Shown one piece after another: positions 47,442-57,279 of a stretch of 64,000 bases of DNA (positions are counted from its first letter, which is position 1; every line of letters begins with the position of its first letter). The translations under genes and the position numbers were made by a program. Below the pieces are notes generated by a model. It did not search any database and was not told the origin of the DNA. It saw nothing but the letters and a program-made list of their open reading frames with translations. Origin of the DNA: Candidatus Iainarchaeum sp. GTDB taxonomy: Archaea; Iainarchaeota; Iainarchaeia; Iainarchaeales; GCA-2688035. The stretch is from assembly GCA_017610205.1 (NCBI GenBank), contig JAFCCL010000005.1, forward strand, positions 11,221-75,220, read 5' to 3'.

Positions 47442-49514
47442 ATGATTCTAATTATTGCCGAAAAAGCCATTGCTGGCAGAAGGATTGCAGCAATTCTTGC
47501 AGGAAAGCAATTGCCTGGAACAAGGCGGGGTTATGCTATAAGATTTGATTTTGAAAAAGACGGAAAAAAATATGTTGTTGTTCCATTAAGTGGTCACATT
47601 GTTGATATTGATTTTCCGCTAATGTACAAACAATGGCTTGGCACCGACCTCAAAAAGCTTGTTAAAGCCGATGTAAATTATAACGAAACAGAGAAATCCA
47701 TTTCAGGTCTTATCAAAGAAGTTGCTCCTGAAATTAAAGAGGTTATAATTGCAACAGATGCTGACAGGGAAGGTGAAGCAATTGGGCTTGAAGCCCTTAA
47801 CATTTTAAAGGAAGTAAATTCAACTGTTAAAATTAAAAGGGCGATTTTTTCAGCCATTACAGAAAAAGACATAACTGATGCTTTTGCAAATCTTTCAAAG
47901 CTTGATTTTAATTTGGCTGAAAGTGCAAATTCAAGAAGGGAAATAGATCTTATTTGGGGAGCTGTCCTTACAAGATTTCTTTCCCTGATTTCCGGAAGAC
48001 TGGGAAAGGAATTTCTTTCAACAGGCCGTGTTCAGGGTCCAACTCTTGCATTAATTGTTAGCAGAGAAAAAGAAAGGCTTGCCTTTGTTGTAAAAAAATA
48101 CTGGCAGATTCAGGCTGTTTTTGAAAAAGACAAAGCGCAATTTTCGGCATTGCACAAGGAAGCCAAATTTTGGGACCAGAAAAAGGCAGAAAAGGCAATG
48201 AAATGCACAACGCCACCGAAAGGAATTGTAACCGATATCAAAAAAAGGAAAAAGGTGCTTGCAAGACCTGTTCCATTCAACACAACTTCTTTCCTAAGGG
48301 CTGCTACCCCCATAGGCTTTACTGCAGGGCGAGCTATGCAGATTGCTGAATCACTTTACCAAAGCGGTTTTCTTTCATACCCCCGAACAGACAATTCTGT
48401 TTATCCAAAAACACTTGACTTAAAGGCAACATTGAAAGAATTGGCAAAAGTAAAAGATTTTGAAAAACTTGCCAATGAACTGCTTGCATTTCCAAAGCTT
48501 GATGCAAGTTCTGGCAAACTTGCAAAAGACCATCCTCCAATTCACCCTGTTACTGCTGTACAAAAAGAAAAGCTTGATCCGCAGATGTGGAAAATTTACG
48601 AGCTTGTATGCAGAAGATTTATGGCAACACTTGCAAAAGATGCTTTGACAGAAAATCTTTCAGTTTCCATTGACTTAAACAAAGAGCCTTTTGTTGCAAC
48701 AGGCCAAATCTATGTTGAAAAAGGGTGGAAGCATTTCTATCCCTACAGCAAGGCAACCGAAGTACTTCTTCCAAAGCTTGAAAAAGGCAACGAAGTAAAG
48801 CTTTTGAAACTTGACAACCTTGCAAAGGAAACAATGCCTCCTGCAAGATACAGTCAGGGTGCTTTAATTAAGGCAATGTCTGATTTAAATCTTGGAACAA
48901 AGAGCACCAGAGCTGAAACAATCCAAAAGCTTTACAGGCGCAATTACATTGAAGGACAAAAATCAATTGCTCCAACCAAAATTGCCATTGCTGTTATTAA
49001 CGGTCTTGAAAAGCACAATAGTGTGGTTGTAAAACCTGAGATGACCTCAAATTTGGAAAAAGAAATGGATCTTGTTGCTTCAGGAAAAAAAAGCAAGGAT
49101 GATGTTGTTGGCGACAGCAGAGAATTCCTTTTGAAAGCACTTCTGCTTTTACTGGAGCACAAAAATGAAATAGGAAGCGAAATAAGAAACGCTGCAAGGT
49201 CTGATTCAATAATAGGCTCTTGCACAGACAAAAATTGCGGAGGACAGCTTTTGATTAGAAAAGGACGGACAGGAAAGCGTTTCCTTGGCTGCAGCAATTA
49301 TCCAAAGTGCACAGTTACATGGCCATTGCCTCAAAAGGGGCTGCTTTCCGTTGTGCCAGGGGCGTGTGAACACTGTGGAACACCCCTAATAAAAATTGTC
49401 GGAAAACGTTACCATTACCAAATGTGCATTAATCCCAAATGCAAAAGCAAGGCTGACTGGGGCAAGAAAAAAGAGGAAAAGGAAATAACCAAAAAACCTG
49501 TTTCAAAGAATTAG
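47442..49514 (+). CDS. topA: DNA topoisomerase I (type IA) with C-terminal zinc ribbons
   Basis: N-terminal Toprim MILIIAEKAIAGRRIA, central catalytic body, C-terminal CxxC...CxxC pairs; 690 aa. Confidence 0.9.
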   Translation: MILIIAEKAIAGRRIAAILAGKQLPGTRRGYAIRFDFEKDGKKYVVVPLSGHIVDIDFPLMYKQWLGTDLKKLVKADVNYNETEKSISGLIKEVAPEIKEVIIATDADREGEAIGLEALNILKEVNSTVKIKRAIFSAITEKDITDAFANLSKLDFNLAESANSRREIDLIWGAVLTRFLSLISGRLGKEFLSTGRVQGPTLALIVSREKERLAFVVKKYWQIQAVFEKDKAQFSALHKEAKFWDQKKAEKAMKCTTPPKGIVTDIKKRKKVLARPVPFNTTSFLRAATPIGFTAGRAMQIAESLYQSGFLSYPRTDNSVYPKTLDLKATLKELAKVKDFEKLANELLAFPKLDASSGKLAKDHPPIHPVTAVQKEKLDPQMWKIYELVCRRFMATLAKDALTENLSVSIDLNKEPFVATGQIYVEKGWKHFYPYSKATEVLLPKLEKGNEVKLLKLDNLAKETMPPARYSQGALIKAMSDLNLGTKSTRAETIQKLYRRNYIEGQKSIAPTKIAIAVINGLEKHNSVVVKPEMTSNLEKEMDLVASGKKSKDDVVGDSREFLLKALLLLLEHKNEIGSEIRNAARSDSIIGSCTDKNCGGQLLIRKGRTGKRFLGCSNYPKCTVTWPLPQKGLLSVVPGACEHCGTPLIKIVGKRYHYQMCINPKCKSKADWGKKKEEKEITKKPVSKN

Positions 49515-49768
49515 GGTATTGGGGGCAGCAAAAACTTTTTTTGAGAGCCAGTTTGAGCCTGGTGAGCCTTTTTTTCTACCCCCAACATTTTTCCAAATTA
49601 ATTTTTTTGTGTCACGAGTTCTGATTGACCCCTCCTATTTTTCGCATACACTTATACTCTTTTATTCTATATATCAAATCCCCTGTTTTAACTGCTCTCA
49701 TTAATACAGTTAAGCTTTTAACAATGTTACAATATATACATATTTGGTATTTTGTTGTGTCAAATCAG

Positions 49769-50293
49769 ATGAAGATAACTGACAGTACAAGAATTGGTTT
49801 GCTTGAAGCACTTTTAAAAAAAAACTCTGTCCTGCCAAACATTCGGCAGATTCAAAAACACACTGACTTCCATAAGGCAACAATTAAGGGAAGCCTTGCA
49901 TTTCTTGAAAAGAATGGAATTCTCAAAGGTTTTGGCCCAAAGCTTGATTTCAGAAAGCTTGGTCACAATTTGGAGGTCTTAACACTTCTTCAGGTTGATA
50001 TGAGCAAGCAAAAGGCTTTTGAAAAGTTTATTGATGCCTTGGAAAAAGACCCCCATATCTACTGGGTGAGTTCGATAATCGGCCCTGGTAACTGGAATGT
50101 AATGTGCAGGCACATTTACAAGGATGTTGAATCATATCACAATGACATGCGAAACCGTTATATGCAAATTCAGGGATATCATGACCTTATAAAAAACATG
50201 CAGAGCTTTTTTTCAGTAGAGCCTGTTTTTAAAAACCAAAGCAGGACTGAATCAATAATAGAGCTTGTAAAAAGTGAACCTGTCAAAAAGTAA
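49769..50293 (+). CDS. Lrp/AsnC-like transcriptional regulator
   Basis: Start taken at MKITDSTRIGLLEALLKK; HTH followed by an alpha/beta regulatory domain. Confidence 0.5.
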   Translation: MKITDSTRIGLLEALLKKNSVLPNIRQIQKHTDFHKATIKGSLAFLEKNGILKGFGPKLDFRKLGHNLEVLTLLQVDMSKQKAFEKFIDALEKDPHIYWVSSIIGPGNWNVMCRHIYKDVESYHNDMRNRYMQIQGYHDLIKNMQSFFSVEPVFKNQSRTESIIELVKSEPVKK

Positions 50294-50340
50294 TCAAACA
50301 TTACAAAAGTTATTTAATCATTTAATGTGTAATTATTTTT

Positions 50341-50778
50341 ATGTCACCAGTACCTAAACCACCAAAGCCAATTAGAAGAAGGGCAAGAACACCTGCTAAG
50401 GAAACGCAAATTGAAAAAAGAATTGATCTGCTATCAAAGAACGTTCAGTATAAAGTCCTTGAAATAGACGGGCTCCCTGAATCAAGTCGCCTTTTGCATA
50501 AAAAAACTTTACGTGACGTTCTTGCTGAAAGGGAACAAAATAGCCCTGAAAAACATTTGGCTTTGAAAGCCTTTTTGGAAAACAAAGGAATGGGAAAAGA
50601 ATGGCGTACTAAACTTAATGAACAACAGCTAGAAATGACTGCGCCTATCTTGCTTGAACTTCTTGCTAACGTTCCAAGACCAGAAGCAATACATAGAGGT
50701 GATCACGCACGAATTATTAAAAAAATGAGAAGATTTTTAGCAGCAATTGAAGAAGCCAAAAGAGCAGGTATTACCTAA
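50341..50778 (+). CDS. hypothetical protein (145 aa)
   Basis: ORF track; basic N-terminus; no motif. Confidence 0.3.
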   Translation: MSPVPKPPKPIRRRARTPAKETQIEKRIDLLSKNVQYKVLEIDGLPESSRLLHKKTLRDVLAEREQNSPEKHLALKAFLENKGMGKEWRTKLNEQQLEMTAPILLELLANVPRPEAIHRGDHARIIKKMRRFLAAIEEAKRAGIT

Positions 50779-50797
50779 CCAATTTGAAGGTTTTCTT

Positions 50798-51598
50798 ATG
50801 GACATTGAATTAGATTTTGAAAAAAGTTTGGAGGAAAATGCTTCTTCTTATTTTGAGAAAAGCAAGGCTGCAAAGAAAAAACTCTCCGGATTGAAGAAAG
50901 CAATGATTGACCTTGAAAAAAAGGCTTCAAAAGTAAAAGAAAAACCAAAAGCAAAGCCCCTTGCAGTTAAAAGGAAAAGGCAGTGGTTTGAAGCATTTCA
51001 CTGGTTTACCTCAAGCCAGGGCTTTCTTGTAATTGGTGGAAGGGATGCAAAAAGCAACGAAGCAGTTGTCAAAAAGCATTTGGACAAAGAAGACATGTTT
51101 CTTCACGCAGACATTCAGGGCGGAAGTGCATGCGTTGTTAAATCTGAAGGGAAAAAAATTCCGGAACAAAGCCTTAAAGAAGCAGCAGAGTTTGCAGCTG
51201 TCTGGAGCAAGGCATGGCAGCAAAAGCTTGCAAGCGTTGACGTTTATGCCGCTTCCAAAGAACAGGTTTCCAAAAAAGCTCCAAGCGGAGAAGCCATTTC
51301 AACAGGAGGTTTTATGATTTACGGAAAAAGGCAATGGTTTAGAAAAACCACCCTGCAATTCGCAGTTGGCTTGCTTAAAGAGGGCGATGCCTTTACTGCA
51401 ATGGGTGGACCGCCTGAGGCTGTAAAAAAGAATTGCATTGCTTTTGTTAAAATAGTGCAGGGAAAGGAAAAGAAAAGTGGAATTGCAAAGAAAGTGTTGC
51501 AGCGTTTTGAGAAAAAAACAGGAAAAACAACTGTTTCATTAAATGACCTGATTTCGCTTTTGCCAGGTGACCTGCTTGAAATAAGGGAAGAGTTTTAA
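50798..51598 (+). CDS. NFACT-R (DUF814) domain RNA-binding protein
   Basis: WFTSSQGFLVIGGRDAKSNEAVVKKHLDKEDMFLHADIQGGSACVVK is the DUF814 signature; coiled-coil N-terminus; start at MDIELDFEK. Confidence 0.55.
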   Translation: MDIELDFEKSLEENASSYFEKSKAAKKKLSGLKKAMIDLEKKASKVKEKPKAKPLAVKRKRQWFEAFHWFTSSQGFLVIGGRDAKSNEAVVKKHLDKEDMFLHADIQGGSACVVKSEGKKIPEQSLKEAAEFAAVWSKAWQQKLASVDVYAASKEQVSKKAPSGEAISTGGFMIYGKRQWFRKTTLQFAVGLLKEGDAFTAMGGPPEAVKKNCIAFVKIVQGKEKKSGIAKKVLQRFEKKTGKTTVSLNDLISLLPGDLLEIREEF

Positions 51599-51641
51599 TA
51601 TTGTTTCAGACAAAATATGTTATTTATAGGGAGTTAAAAAA

Positions 51642-53831
51642 ATGCCTGAAAAAACCATTGATTTGAAGGTAGCAGACCCTGACCCAACACACGTTGGGCG
51701 AAACATAGTTACTCTTGACAGGGAAACCAAAAGGCATTTGGGCATTACAAGTGGTGACATTGTTGAAATAGATGGCCCAAAAAGAAAAACTGCTGCAATT
51801 GTCTGGCCTGCAAGGGCGGAAGATGAAGGGCGTCTTTTGATTAGGATGGACAATTTGATAAGGCTCAATGCTGGAGTAGGTCTTGGAGAAAAGGTTACCG
51901 TAAAAAAGGGAAATCCAAAAGAAGCCAAAAAGGTTGTTATGGCTCCAACTCAGGATATAAGAATTATTGCTTCAGGTTATGACCGGATTCTCAAAAAAAC
52001 TTTTTTGGGAAGACCTTTAACTCTTGGAGACAGTGTTTGGATAAGCGTTTTTGGAACAGGTTTTGTTTACAAAATTGTTGACACTGTTCCAAGGGGCTGT
52101 GTTAAGGTAACAGACTTTACCCAGATTGTGCTCAAGGAAAAGCCTGTTAAGGGCGAGCTTGAAACAGTTCCAAGAATTTCTTATGATGATATTGGCGGTC
52201 TTGACGAGCCAATGCGAAAAGTTAGGGAAATGATTGAGTTGCCTATGAGGCATCCTGAAATTTTCAGAAAGCTTGGCATTGTACCTCCAAAAGGTGTTTT
52301 GCTTTATGGTCCGCCTGGAACCGGAAAAACTTTGCTTGCAAAGGCAGTTGCCCACGAAACCCAGGCTCATTTCAAATCAGTTAATGCTCCTGAAATTATG
52401 AGCAAATTTGTTGGAGAGGCTGAGGAAAGAATCAGAAAAATTTTTAAAGAAGCAGAAGAAAATGCCCCAAGCATTATTTTTATTGACGAAATTGATTCAA
52501 TTGCTCCAAAAAGAGAAACGGTTGTTGGAGAAGTTGAAAGGCGTGTTGTTGCCCAGATTCTTGCATTAATGGACGGGCTTGAAGCACGAGGCAATGTGAT
52601 TGTTATTGCTGCAACCAACAGGGTAAATAGTTTGGATGAAGCTTTAAGGAGACCTGGAAGGTTTGACAGGGAAATTGAATTCCCTGTTCCAAACAAAAAG
52701 GCAAGAAAGGAAATTTTACAGATTCATACAAGGGGAATGCCTCTTGCAGAAGATGGTACAAACAAAGTTGACCTTGATCATTTTGCTTCAATAACACATG
52801 GCTTTGTTGGCGCAGATCTTGCTGCTTTGGGAAAAGAGGCTGCAATGAAGGCATTAAGACGTTATTTGCCAAAAATTGATTTGGAAGCCGAATCAATTCC
52901 GCAGGAAATTCTTGAAGAGCTTGAAGTAAACAAAAAAGACTTCATAAATGGTTTGAAGGATGTGCAGCCAAGTGCATTGAGAGAAGTTGCAATTGAAATT
53001 CCAAATGTTAAATGGTCAGACATCGGTGACCTTGATTATGCAAAAGAAGAATTGAAGCAGGCAATTGAATGGCCTTTGAAGCATCCTGATTCATTCAAGA
53101 AAATGGGAATAAAGCCGCCTGCAGGCGTGCTCTTGCATGGTCCGCCTGGTTGTGGAAAAACACTTCTTGCAAAAGCAGTTGCAAGCGAAAGCGAATCCAA
53201 TTTTATTTCAATTAAGGGCCCGGAACTTTTAAGCATGTGGGTCGGAGAATCGGAAAAAGGCATCCGGCAGGTTTTTAGAAAGGCAAGGCAGGTTTCTCCC
53301 TGCATTGTTTTCTTTGATGAAATTGACAGCATTGCAAGCAAGCGTGGAATGGATGCAGGCTCTCATGTTACTGAAAGGGTTGTAAACCAGCTTCTTACAG
53401 AGCTTGATGGAATTGAGCAAAACAGGGGAGTTGTTTTTATGGCTGCAACCAACAGGCCTGATTTGCTTGATCCTGGAATTATGAGGCCTGGGAGAATTGA
53501 CAAGTTTATCAAGATTGATGCCCCTGACAAAAAGGGCAGAACGGCAATTTTCAAAGTTCACACAAAGAATGTAAAGCTTGACAAGGACATTTCTTTGAAA
53601 GAGCTTGTTGAAAAAACAGATGGCTTTTCAGGTGCTGACATTGAAGGTCTTATTAGGGCTGCTGCTTTGATTGCTTTGAAAAACAGCAAGATGAAACCTG
53701 TGCCTGTAACCAAAAAAGATTTTGAAGAAGCGCTTGCAAAAACAAAACCAAGTATTACCCCAAAGGTTGAAGAGGCCTACGAGGAAATTGAAGAGCACTT
53801 GGGTGAATTCAAGCCAAGCTATGTTGGCTAG
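51642..53831 (+). CDS. cdc48: CDC48/VCP-like AAA+ ATPase (two AAA domains)
   Basis: N-domain plus D1 (GPPGTGKT) and D2 (GPPGCGKT) Walker A motifs and second-region-of-homology motifs; 729 aa. Confidence 0.9.
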   Translation: MPEKTIDLKVADPDPTHVGRNIVTLDRETKRHLGITSGDIVEIDGPKRKTAAIVWPARAEDEGRLLIRMDNLIRLNAGVGLGEKVTVKKGNPKEAKKVVMAPTQDIRIIASGYDRILKKTFLGRPLTLGDSVWISVFGTGFVYKIVDTVPRGCVKVTDFTQIVLKEKPVKGELETVPRISYDDIGGLDEPMRKVREMIELPMRHPEIFRKLGIVPPKGVLLYGPPGTGKTLLAKAVAHETQAHFKSVNAPEIMSKFVGEAEERIRKIFKEAEENAPSIIFIDEIDSIAPKRETVVGEVERRVVAQILALMDGLEARGNVIVIAATNRVNSLDEALRRPGRFDREIEFPVPNKKARKEILQIHTRGMPLAEDGTNKVDLDHFASITHGFVGADLAALGKEAAMKALRRYLPKIDLEAESIPQEILEELEVNKKDFINGLKDVQPSALREVAIEIPNVKWSDIGDLDYAKEELKQAIEWPLKHPDSFKKMGIKPPAGVLLHGPPGCGKTLLAKAVASESESNFISIKGPELLSMWVGESEKGIRQVFRKARQVSPCIVFFDEIDSIASKRGMDAGSHVTERVVNQLLTELDGIEQNRGVVFMAATNRPDLLDPGIMRPGRIDKFIKIDAPDKKGRTAIFKVHTKNVKLDKDISLKELVEKTDGFSGADIEGLIRAAALIALKNSKMKPVPVTKKDFEEALAKTKPSITPKVEEAYEEIEEHLGEFKPSYVG

Positions 53832-53850
53832 CAAAATTCACTGTGTTGCA

Positions 53851-54432
53851 TTAGGATAAGAACACAAAGAAAATCAGCAAAACAAACAACACTGCCCATA
53901 TCTTTGGATTCCATATAAAAACCTTTTTCCCATCCAATGGGCCAATTGGCAGCATGTTAAATAATCCCAGCCAGAAATTAATAATTGCCCCATATCCTAC
54001 AATAAGTCCAATTGTTGTGTCTGAAATAATAAAACTTAGAAGCAAAAAGCAGATTCCTGTCACAAAGTTTATCAGCGGCCCGGCAATCGAAACTAATCCA
54101 TTCTGTCTTCTGGTTAAGTGCCCGCTAATATAAACCGCTCCAGGAGCTGCAAAAATTATCTTGAATACAAAAGCTGAAATCAATGCAAATATGAGTCCAA
54201 AACTCCACATTCTAAACTCTGCGTGTGCACCAAAATGCTGTGCGACCATTCTGTGTCCCATTTCATGCATTATAAATCCTGTTCCGGTTCCGATTGCTGA
54301 AACAATGAACGCGTTTACGAAATTGTTTGGAAACAAAAAATACGACGATAAGTAAAAATGAAGAAGCCATGTAAATGCTATGCTGATTGTAAGCCAGCTT
54401 ATCAAAAGGTCTCTTATTTCATTGCGGTTCAT
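53851..54432 (-). CDS. site-2-protease-like M50 family intramembrane metalloprotease
   Basis: HEMGH (HExxH) in a TM segment and a downstream LPIGPLDGKKV (LDG) motif. Confidence 0.6.
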   Translation of the reverse strand: MNRNEIRDLLISWLTISIAFTWLLHFYLSSYFLFPNNFVNAFIVSAIGTGTGFIMHEMGHRMVAQHFGAHAEFRMWSFGLIFALISAFVFKIIFAAPGAVYISGHLTRRQNGLVSIAGPLINFVTGICFLLLSFIISDTTIGLIVGYGAIINFWLGLFNMLPIGPLDGKKVFIWNPKIWAVLFVLLIFFVFLS

Positions 54433-54537
54433 TATAATTGCTAAATATAGAAAAACTATTTAAAGTAATTCAAACAGGGTTCGTTTTTTGCCGAATTCTT
54501 GCAGTTCTTTTTATTCTTTGCCCAAGGCCATTTTTTT

Positions 54538-54717
54538 ATGGTTAAAGATTTTTTGGGGCAAAAAGCCCAGATTTCTGTGGAATTGATTATAGTGCTTGCA
54601 GCAGTTGTTGCCCTTGTGCTATTGCTTGTTTCCCAATTGCAGCAGACAAGCGAGGAAGGAGCAAAAGTAATTGAGGAAAAAAGCAAGAAGATTTTCCAGG
54701 AAATTGACAACATTTAG
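54538..54717 (+). CDS. archaeal type IV pilin-like protein (short)
   Basis: MVKDFLGQKAQISVELIIVLAAVVALVLLLV class III signal peptide. Confidence 0.55.
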   Translation: MVKDFLGQKAQISVELIIVLAAVVALVLLLVSQLQQTSEEGAKVIEEKSKKIFQEIDNI

Positions 54718-54727
54718 CTGGTTCAAA

Positions 54728-55141
54728 ATGCGTTGCAATGGACAGCTTAGCTTGGAATATTTACTGCTGCTGCTTGCAGTACTTTCCATTTTTGCAGTGC
54801 TTTTGCCATTGCTTGATCAAACTTTTCAGGCAAGCCTTTTTGGACTTGATTCAGTAAACGCAAAGAGTTTTTCAGATTCCCTGCAGCATTCTGTTAACGA
54901 AATGGATTTTCAGGCAGATGGAAGCAAAACAATTTTGGAAACAAGGCCTTTGGGACAATGGGTTGTTTTATCTTCAGGCAAAACCTTTTCAATAAAAGTA
55001 CAGGGTCCTGAAACTGAAAAAACTTTTGAGGTTTTTTTCCCAAATGAACTGGATTTGAAGCAGCAAACTCTTTCATCCAACGCATTTTTTTCGCTTTCAA
55101 AGGATTCAGGAAAAATCGTTTTTGAATACTACAATCCTTAG
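54728..55141 (+). CDS. archaeal type IV pilin-like protein
   Basis: MRCNGQLSLEYLLLLLAVLSIFAVLL class III signal peptide. Confidence 0.55.
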   Translation: MRCNGQLSLEYLLLLLAVLSIFAVLLPLLDQTFQASLFGLDSVNAKSFSDSLQHSVNEMDFQADGSKTILETRPLGQWVVLSSGKTFSIKVQGPETEKTFEVFFPNELDLKQQTLSSNAFFSLSKDSGKIVFEYYNP

Positions 55142-55573
55142 TTCATGTTTTTGCATTTGCCTGAAGAAAATTACTTTGGAGGAAATCGCCTTTTCTGTTG
55201 GTTCTCCAATTGCAATTTTTTCAGCGTCAAAATAAACCGTTCCTGATTTGTTTGGGAATGCTGTTTCAAAATCTTTTTTCATTTCCTCCAATTTTACTGT
55301 GTTTTTTGTCCAAAGCAAAAGCAAATCGTTTTCTTTTTTAAAAATGTGCAAATTTTCAAGTCCTGGTCTGGTTTCCTGCAAAGGAACTGAAAGAAGCAAT
55401 CCAAGCAAGGCCATTGAAATAATTGCTTCAAAACTAAGCCAAAAGCCATTATTTTTCACAGACAACTGCCTCCAGCATTTCTTTTTTTTCATTTGCCAAA
55501 ACAATTCTGTCAACTGAAATGCATTTTTCTCCCTGTTCTTCAAACAATTTTTCAATTTCTCCAATTGAAACAC
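55106..55573 (-). CDS. pilin-like / secreted small protein
   Basis: KNNGFWLSFEAIISMALLGLLLSV hydrophobic N-terminal segment after basic residues; true start probably internal. Confidence 0.4.
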   Translation of the reverse strand: MFQLEKLKNCLKNREKNAFQLTELFWQMKKKKCWRQLSVKNNGFWLSFEAIISMALLGLLLSVPLQETRPGLENLHIFKKENDLLLLWTKNTVKLEEMKKDFETAFPNKSGTVYFDAEKIAIGEPTEKAISSKVIFFRQMQKHELRIVVFKNDFS

Positions 55574-55943
55574 TGCTTACAAAAAAATTTTCAAACACAA
55601 CAGGCTCTGCGTTTTCAAAAAGAATTGAATCAATTTCGTTTGATAGCACGCGGTGTTTTTCCGCGTTATACTTTGCCATGCCAAGCAATGGTTGTTTCTC
55701 GTCCCTGTTTTTTGCCATTGAGTCAATTACAAAAATTGCATTTCGCTGCAATTCAATTCTTTCAATATCTGCAATTTCCCTGTTTTTTAAAATTTCAAGC
55801 TGTGAAAGCATTAGTGAAAGCATTAGCAGCATTGCAATAACTGCTATTGCAAGGTCTAGAGAGAATACAAACCCTCTGCTGTTCTGATTCTGCTTGTTTC
55901 GTTTACAATTGCTGTTCCAACCTCGTTTATCTGTAATGCTCAT
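55449..55943 (-). CDS. archaeal type IV pilin-like protein
   Basis: NSRGFVFSLDLAIAVIAMLLMLSLML class III-like signal peptide. Confidence 0.5.
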   Translation of the reverse strand: MSITDKRGWNSNCKRNKQNQNSRGFVFSLDLAIAVIAMLLMLSLMLSQLEILKNREIADIERIELQRNAIFVIDSMAKNRDEKQPLLGMAKYNAEKHRVLSNEIDSILFENAEPVVFENFFVSSVSIGEIEKLFEEQGEKCISVDRIVLANEKKEMLEAVVCEK

Positions 55944-56295
55944 TTAGGGTTATCTCCAAAACGCTTTTTTCGCCTTTTTGCACAAGTCTTATTTCTTTTG
56001 CAATGCTTTCACATCCTTTTATTTTTCCAGAAATTTCGCTTTCTGCAGTGTTTCCTTTTGAAGTGCAATGCATTTCTGCCAAAAATTCTGAAAGTCCTGA
56101 AGCATAAATTGTGTCGGCTACAATGCAGCACAGTTCTGCTTCAGCTTTTGCATTAAGTGAATGAAGTGAATTTTCTGAGTACTCTCCTGCTGTTCCAATA
56201 GCTGAAAGAAACAACCCCAATACTGCTAAAAAAACGGCAAAGCATACTGCTGCCTCAAGTTGCAATTGGCCTTTGTTGTTTTTCAAAAATTTCAT
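55927..56295 (-). CDS. archaeal type IV pilin-like protein
   Basis: MKFLKNNKGQLQLEAAVCFAVFLAVLGLFL class III signal peptide. Confidence 0.55.
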   Translation of the reverse strand: MKFLKNNKGQLQLEAAVCFAVFLAVLGLFLSAIGTAGEYSENSLHSLNAKAEAELCCIVADTIYASGLSEFLAEMHCTSKGNTAESEISGKIKGCESIAKEIRLVQKGEKSVLEITLNEHYR

Positions 56296-56825
56296 CCGGC
56301 AACACTTGTGTTTATTGAATATCCTGCAGGGAGTTCAAATTCAAGCAAGGCTTTTTTGCCTTTTATTTTTGCATAAACTTTTTTGTTTTTCAAAATACCG
56401 CCAGTAAAATAATATGTTGCTTTGACTGTTTTTTTGTCAATTGCTTCTATTGCAACAGTGCTGTTTTCGTTCAAAAATTCCAAATTCTTGCTTTCGGTTT
56501 CAAATTCGATAACTATTCCATCCCAATTTGCTTTTTCAATTTCGGAAAAAAGCACAACAAGTTTGGCATTTACAAAATTTTTTGTTTCTTCCTGTCCAAA
56601 GTTTAACAAAAGCACCTGATGCAATGCTTCTTTGATGGCAAGGTCAACATTGTCTTCAGTAACTTCTCTTGCAAGCCATGCCTTTTCTGCTTCGAATCCA
56701 AGTTCTTCAGCCAGTTCTATTTTGTTTGATGCGTTTGTTGCTTCTGCTAAAAACCTTGCTTCAATTGCAAAGAATGCCAGCAGAAGTACAAAGCAAAAAA
56801 TGCCATTTTTATTCATTTGCTTCAA
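56292..56825 (-). CDS. secreted/pilus-associated protein
   Basis: MKQMNKNGIFCFVLLLAFFAIEA N-terminal hydrophobic signal. Confidence 0.4.
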   Translation of the reverse strand: MKQMNKNGIFCFVLLLAFFAIEARFLAEATNASNKIELAEELGFEAEKAWLAREVTEDNVDLAIKEALHQVLLLNFGQEETKNFVNAKLVVLFSEIEKANWDGIVIEFETESKNLEFLNENSTVAIEAIDKKTVKATYYFTGGILKNKKVYAKIKGKKALLEFELPAGYSINTSVAG

Positions 56826-56886
56826 AAAAATCCAGTTATGGAAACGCCTTTAAAAGAAAGCCTGCATTGCGTTGTTCAACGAAGGT

Positions 56887-57141
56887 CTAGTCTCCCACAA
56901 GCTCTTTTTTGATTGTTTCTTCAATGGCTTTTTTCAAATCTTTTTGTGTATTGTCTAATACTTTTTCTTCCTGCAAGTTTTTTGACTTGCTAAGGTCTCT
57001 TGAGATTGCAATAAGTAATACTGTTGCAATGATTACTATCAACAGGTCTTCTAATAATAGCCTGTTGGTGAATGCATTGTATACTGAGAAAATTGTTCCA
57101 GCAACTGTGGCTAATTTAAGTAAATCATATTTTGCACTCAT
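56887..57141 (-). CDS. small membrane protein
   Basis: ORF track; two hydrophobic helices. Confidence 0.3.
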   Translation of the reverse strand: MSAKYDLLKLATVAGTIFSVYNAFTNRLLLEDLLIVIIATVLLIAISRDLSKSKNLQEEKVLDNTQKDLKKAIEETIKKELVGD

Positions 57142-57279
57142 ATTACACCCCAGTATCTATTGAACCTAACACATATAAATTCTGTTTTATAAAAAAGCAC
57201 TCTTTTTTCTCGTGAAAAGTGTGCATTTTGGCAAAAAATTAAATATATGCATAAACATTATATATCTATGGTGTTTTGA

